42,444 nt of DNA from Octopus bimaculoides (Eukaryota). Within the stretch, counting starts at the first letter, position 1. The number at the start of each line of letters is the position of its first letter. The notes below the pieces were generated by a model that saw nothing but the letters and a program-made list of their open reading frames with translations, had not been told where the DNA came from and made no database searches. Below are positions 38,400 to 42,444 of this stretch, in pieces. The position numbers and the translations under genes are program-made. The DNA is taken from contig NC_068983.1 in the NCBI RefSeq assembly GCF_001194135.2, positions 62,456,780 to 62,499,223 of the forward strand, given 5' to 3'.

Positions 38400-38435
38400 T
38401 TTATTTGATATTTTTACTATATTTTTCGTTTTATT
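38400..38435 (-). promoter_or_regulatory. Two candidate AATAAA polyadenylation signals of the Ly6/uPAR gene
   Basis: TTTATT on the plus strand at 38430-35 and 38400-05, about 100-135 nt past the stop codon. AATAAA is frequent by chance in AT-rich DNA. Confidence 0.4.
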
Positions 38436-38536
38436 TACATACGAATACATATAAACGTGTGTGTGTGTGTGTGTGTTTCATACCATCTCAACCGGCAACA
38501 AACAACATAATACTCTACTGCTACATTCACTTTGTT

Positions 38537-38772
38537 TCATCCAACAATGACATCAGTAGCAAATAAAGACACAATAAGAAGCTGTAAGACAGCAAACGAT
38601 GACTGTACGAACTCCTGCCCGCTGATATTACAGCCATCTTCGTGACAGCAACTGGTGCAAATCCATTTGTTTTGGGTTTTATCACAGGGAATATCTTTAT
38701 TCTCCTGTTTCTGGATGTGACAAGAAGCATTCACAGAACATGTTTTTATGATGGACAGCTTCTCACTGACGT
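38537..38772 (-). CDS. Last coding exon of a Ly6/uPAR (LU, three-finger) domain GPI-anchored protein
   Basis: Long T-rich acceptor ..TTTATTTTTGCAG| at 38773, phase 1. Encodes (D)VSEKLSIIKTCSVNASCHIQKQENKDIPCDKTQNKWICTSCCHEDGCN (CCxxxxCN hallmark), then ISGQEFVQSSFAVLQLLIVSLFATDVIVG* (GPI-signal-like). Confidence 0.9.
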
Positions 38773-38953
38773 CTGCAAAAATAAATAAATAAAAAAGAGT
38801 AAAAAGACAAAGAAATACAATGAAAGTACAAGAAAAATTTAATACAAATACAACATCAACTTTTCAAGACCCTTGGGCTCCAATGACTTTCAGGGTTACT
38901 CATTTCTCCAAACTAGAGGTGATCGCCTAAACAAAACAAATACTAAATTTATA

Positions 38954-39240
38954 CAGGCATGGCTGTGTGGTAAAGAGTTTACTTCCCAATCATATGGTTT
39001 CAGGTTCAGTTACATTGCATGGCGTGACAGCTTGGATACTGCTTCTACTTAAGCCCTATGTCGACCAAAGACTGAGTAAATTTGGTAAGTGGAAACTGAA
39101 AGAAGCCCATTGTATATGTAAGAGAGAGAAAGTGTGAGTCTTTGTCTGCCCACTACCGCCTGCTTGACAACCAACGTTTTATTTACGTCCTCGTAATTTA
39201 GTGATTCGGCAAAAAGACACCTATAGGATAAGTACCAGTA
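38954..39240 (+). mobile_element. Diverged SINE family B copy (intronic)
   Basis: CAGGCATGGCTGTGTGG..AGGTTCAGT..GGAAACTGAAAGAAGCCC..GCTTGACAACC..GGCAAAAAGA. Homologous to 8950-9358. Confidence 0.8.
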
Positions 39241-39886
39241 TTTGGAAGCTCGTCATGCAATAAAGTTTTGTGTGAAGCTAGGTGAAAACTCCACAGAAGC
39301 TTCTGAAATACTCCTGACTTTTTCACTGGCACAAGCAACTCAAAGACAGTAGAAAGGAAGTGAGAGATGATGAGAGGTGTGAGAGGGAGAAGGACACCAG
39401 AACATCGGACTGGTTGAGAAAATTAACAGTTATCTGGATGAAAACTATAGTGTGTCTATATAGACAATAAGCATACAGTTTGGAGTTACTGTGATATAAA
39501 ATTATTCATAAAGATCTGTATGCGCAAAATTTATGCAAAGTTTGTACCTAGGGTGTTCATTGATGAGGATCCTAGTAACCAACAACTTGACAGAGAGGGG
39601 AGTGGAAACCATCCGTCACCCTCCTACAACTCTATGAGACTTCTGGCTGTTTCATAAGCTGAAGGAGAACCTCAAGGGTAGTGGTTTTGGAGAGGAAGGT
39701 GGCTATAACAAGAGTTCGGAACTCTGTCAATTTGGAAGACTTCTATGGGGACTCGACGAAGTGGTTGGAGTGAGCGCTACAAGTGCATTGACAGAAGATC
39801 TTATGTTAAAGGAGATTAGAGGTTTTATACTTCTTAAAATTTATGTCTCTCCTGAAAAGTCTGAAAACTTCAGAAATACAACTTGT
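39241..39886 (+). mobile_element. Internally deleted mariner transposon (intronic)
   Basis: LEARHAIKFCVKLG, WHKQLKDSR..DDERC, AKFVPRV (WVPREL equivalent), ETIRHPP and DFWLFHKLKENLKG. The catalytic core between these is deleted. TIR-like AAAGTCTGAAAACTT..CTTGT at the end. Confidence 0.85.
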
Positions 39887-39999
39887 TCAAAAATTCAAGT
39901 CTTATACATTGGTAAATACGATAATTTTAAAAAATAAAACAGTACCCAAAAGTAGATAAGAAGTAATTGCCATCAGTTCTGAGGGGACATGGGACGTAC

Positions 40000-40128
40000 C
40001 TGAATAAGCTACAATGGTTTGGCATGTGTCCAACGCTGGTCCACATTCGTGCAGGTTTAAATCGCTCATGCAAAAGTTGTTGGTCAACTCATTGTCACAT
40101 TCATAGCATTTGAGGCTGGAAACACAAT
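40000..40128 (-). CDS. Internal coding exon of the Ly6/uPAR-domain gene (N-terminal half of the LU domain)
   Basis: Acceptor TTTCTTTATTGTTCCAG| and donor AG|GTACGT; 129 nt, phase 1-1. Encodes CVSSLKCYECDNELTNNFCMSDLNLHECGPALDTCQTIVAYS and splices in frame to 38772. Confidence 0.9.
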
Positions 40129-40249
40129 CTGGAACAATAAAGAAACAAAATTAATGATTTAGCAATAACTGAATTCCACTGGCCACCCCAAGCGCCACTA
40201 CTGTGTTTCAAAGAATGCCTCGTAAACATTAAGTCTTTCATCTCCCCTG

Positions 40250-41211
40250 TGTTCACTGGTAACTATACCTTGAAGACCAGTTTATACATTTCAGCCAAAG
40301 AGAGCACAGCAGCAACAGTGGAATTATTTTCAGAATTCATCAATGAACTTTTCCTCTTTCAGCTTGTACTTATGCCAACAAGATTCAACAGAACCACGTT
40401 GGACTTAATGTTTAGTAACCACATCCTTTCTGACCACGGTATGATTATCTGTAGTTCGAGATTCCAGCAACCAAAAGCGACACAGTACGATCTCGCTCCA
40501 GCACACTCTTTTGGCCTCATGGATCTACACAATGCTAACTGGAAGGCAATCACCTATGATCTTCTACTTGTTGACTAGTTTTTCACTCACTCACTCACTC
40601 TCTCTCTTCCTCCTCCCTCACTCCAAGCAGCATCAATACTGGCTGCTATTTGTGGACATTGTTACAAATAAATGTTCACACCACACTCCATTACGGTCCA
40701 TGAGCAAAACTAAACATGGGCACCTGCATAACAGAAAAGTACTTAGGGAAATAAAAACCAAAAAAATTAACCAGCTATAACATTGCCCACTGCAACGCGC
40801 TCACTTGACAGATATTGCTTCACTGGAATCAAAGAAACATTATCATCAAAATTGCATGAAGATTATCATTGTTATTCAAAGAACACAAGAAGAAAAGTTA
40901 TTTTCTGAATGAAATCACTAGATGCTGGTTATATTTGCAAAATTTCCTATCCCAATTGATTGTTTCACTTACCTCTCATATCATCACATTATTCAAGAGA
41001 ATGGTGAGATTTCAAGTAACTCACTTCCTGGAAAATAACAATCTACTTATTCCCAACCAGTATAGTTTCCACAGTGGCAGGGACAACTCCTGCATCAATG
41101 ACACCCTAAAGTCTCCAGGTGAGGGTTCAAATGTAAATGTCACATATCTGGAGTTCAGCTTGGGCCCTGACAAGGTAGATTACGTCCTGTTAAAGAAACT
41201 ATCAAACATTT
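40250..41211 (+). mobile_element. Decayed CR1-like LINE remnant (endonuclease end and RT start)
   Basis: FQLVLMPTR..TLDLMFSN..SDH, NANWKAI, SLTSHIITLFKRMV, FLENNNLLIPNQYSF and VTYLEF..DKVD..LLKKL. Large internal deletions. Confidence 0.75.
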
Positions 41212-42444
41212 GTGTTGCAAGACAGTGTGTGAGAGAGAATCGTGATGTTGTAGGAGAGAAATGTGTCCGCATAGATGATGGTACACTTGCACGAAACAAG
41301 GCTGCAAAGAGAGAGGTTTGGAGACGCTACTATGAAAGGTTGCTCAATAAATAGAATGAATGGGAGAAAGAGTCTGCCGAATGTCGACCCAACAGAGGGA
41401 CCAGCTATCCGAGTTGACAGTACCATGGTAGATAAAGTAATTAAGAGTATGAAGACAGGGAAAGCCCCCGGCCCATCAGGAACCACTGCAGACATGCTCA
41501 AAATATCTGGCAGCGTTGGCTATAGCCTAGTCACCTGTATAGTTAACCAGGTGATACACGGAGTCATACCCAATGACAGGTGTAGCAGCACCATAGTCAA
41601 CTGCTACAAAGGTAAAGGTGACGCTTTAGATACAAATAATTACAGAGGCATCAAGTCGCTGGATCAGGTAATGAAAGTCATGGAGAGGGTCATAGCTCAA
41701 CTGATTAGGGTGAGAGTCAGTTTAGATGAGATGCAGTTTGGGTTCGTGCCAGGGAAAAGCACCACTAATGCTATATTTCTGGTAAGACAGCTGCAGGAGA
41801 AATACCTAGCCAAAGATAAACCTCTGTACCTGGCTTTCGTTGACATGGAGAAAGCCTTTGACAGGGTCCCCCGATCCCTTATCTGGTGGTCAATGAGGAA
41901 ACTAGGGATAGAAGAATGTTTAGTGAGAGCTGTGTTAGCCATGTACAGAGACGCTGTCAGTAAGGTAAGGGTTGGCAATGAGTACAGTGAAGAATTCAGG
42001 GTAGAGGTAGGGGTCCACCAAGGTTCCGTCCTCAGCCTCCACCTATTTATCATAGTCCTTCAAGCAATAACACAGGAATTCAAGACAGGATGCCCCTGGG
42101 AGCTTCTTTATGCTGATGACTTTGCGCTAATTGCTGAGTCACTATCAGAACTAGAGGAGAAGTTTCAGGTGTGGAAGCAAGGTCTAGAATTGAAGGGCCT
42201 TAGAGTCAACCTAGCTAAAACCAAAATCCTAATAAGTAGGAAGGTAGATAAAACACAAACCCCTTCAGGTAGATGGCCCTGCTCAGTATGTAGAAAAGGA
42301 GTAGGTAGTAACTCTATAAGATGTACCCGGTGCAAGCTATGGACACATAAGAGGTGCAGCAACATCAAAGGCAGGTTAACTAGCAAGTTAGTTTTTGTTT
42401 GTGGCAGATGTTCAGGTGCAATAAAGACTGCAAACAAACAGGAA
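41212..42444 (+). mobile_element. RTE-clade LINE, 5'-truncated, RT with PHD finger; runs off the window
   Basis: After an early stop and 2-nt frameshift, 41371-42444 is open for 358 codons: GKAPGPSG, NYRGIK, QFGF, FVDMEKAFD, GVHQGSVLS, LLYADD (42109-20), then the C4HC3 motif CSVC..CTRCKLWTHKRC..CGRC (42280-42411). Confidence 0.95.

Noticed and set aside
38711-38713. Alternative acceptor ..CACATCCAG| for the last Ly6 exon
   Set aside because: Joining it to the phase-1 donor at 40000 gives an immediate stop (GAA ACA GGA GAA TAA) and drops two cysteines. The 38773 acceptor has a better pyrimidine tract and keeps the frame.

Overview
AT-rich, microsatellite-dense metazoan DNA with three assembly gaps. 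The SINE families resemble octopus repeats as I recall them (inference, needs a BLAST check). Almost all ORFs in the supplied track are simple-repeat artefacts. One real host gene is recoverable. Two minus-strand coding exons (40000-40128 and 38537-38772), joined by a canonical phase-1 GT-AG intron, encode a complete 12-cysteine Ly6/uPAR (three-finger) domain plus a GPI-anchor-like tail. The signal-peptide exon is probably beyond the right edge of the window. The rest is a transposon graveyard. Retroelements: two distinct R4/Dong-clade (RLE) LINE families abutting different microsatellites, an RTE LINE with a PHD finger just after the RT YADD motif, an RTE-like 3' end with three decayed C2H2 fingers, a fossil APE endonuclease, a CR1-like remnant, a Penelope-like end with a minimal hammerhead-ribozyme fold, and three tRNA-derived SINE families. 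DNA transposons: Tc1, mariner, Chapaev3-like, Kolobok-like and Helentron-type remnants. There are also several unannotated inverted-repeat structures. The largest is a pair of ~500-bp inverted arms starting immediately after the Ly6 gene's candidate polyA signals. No CRISPR array, rRNA or genuine tRNA gene was seen.
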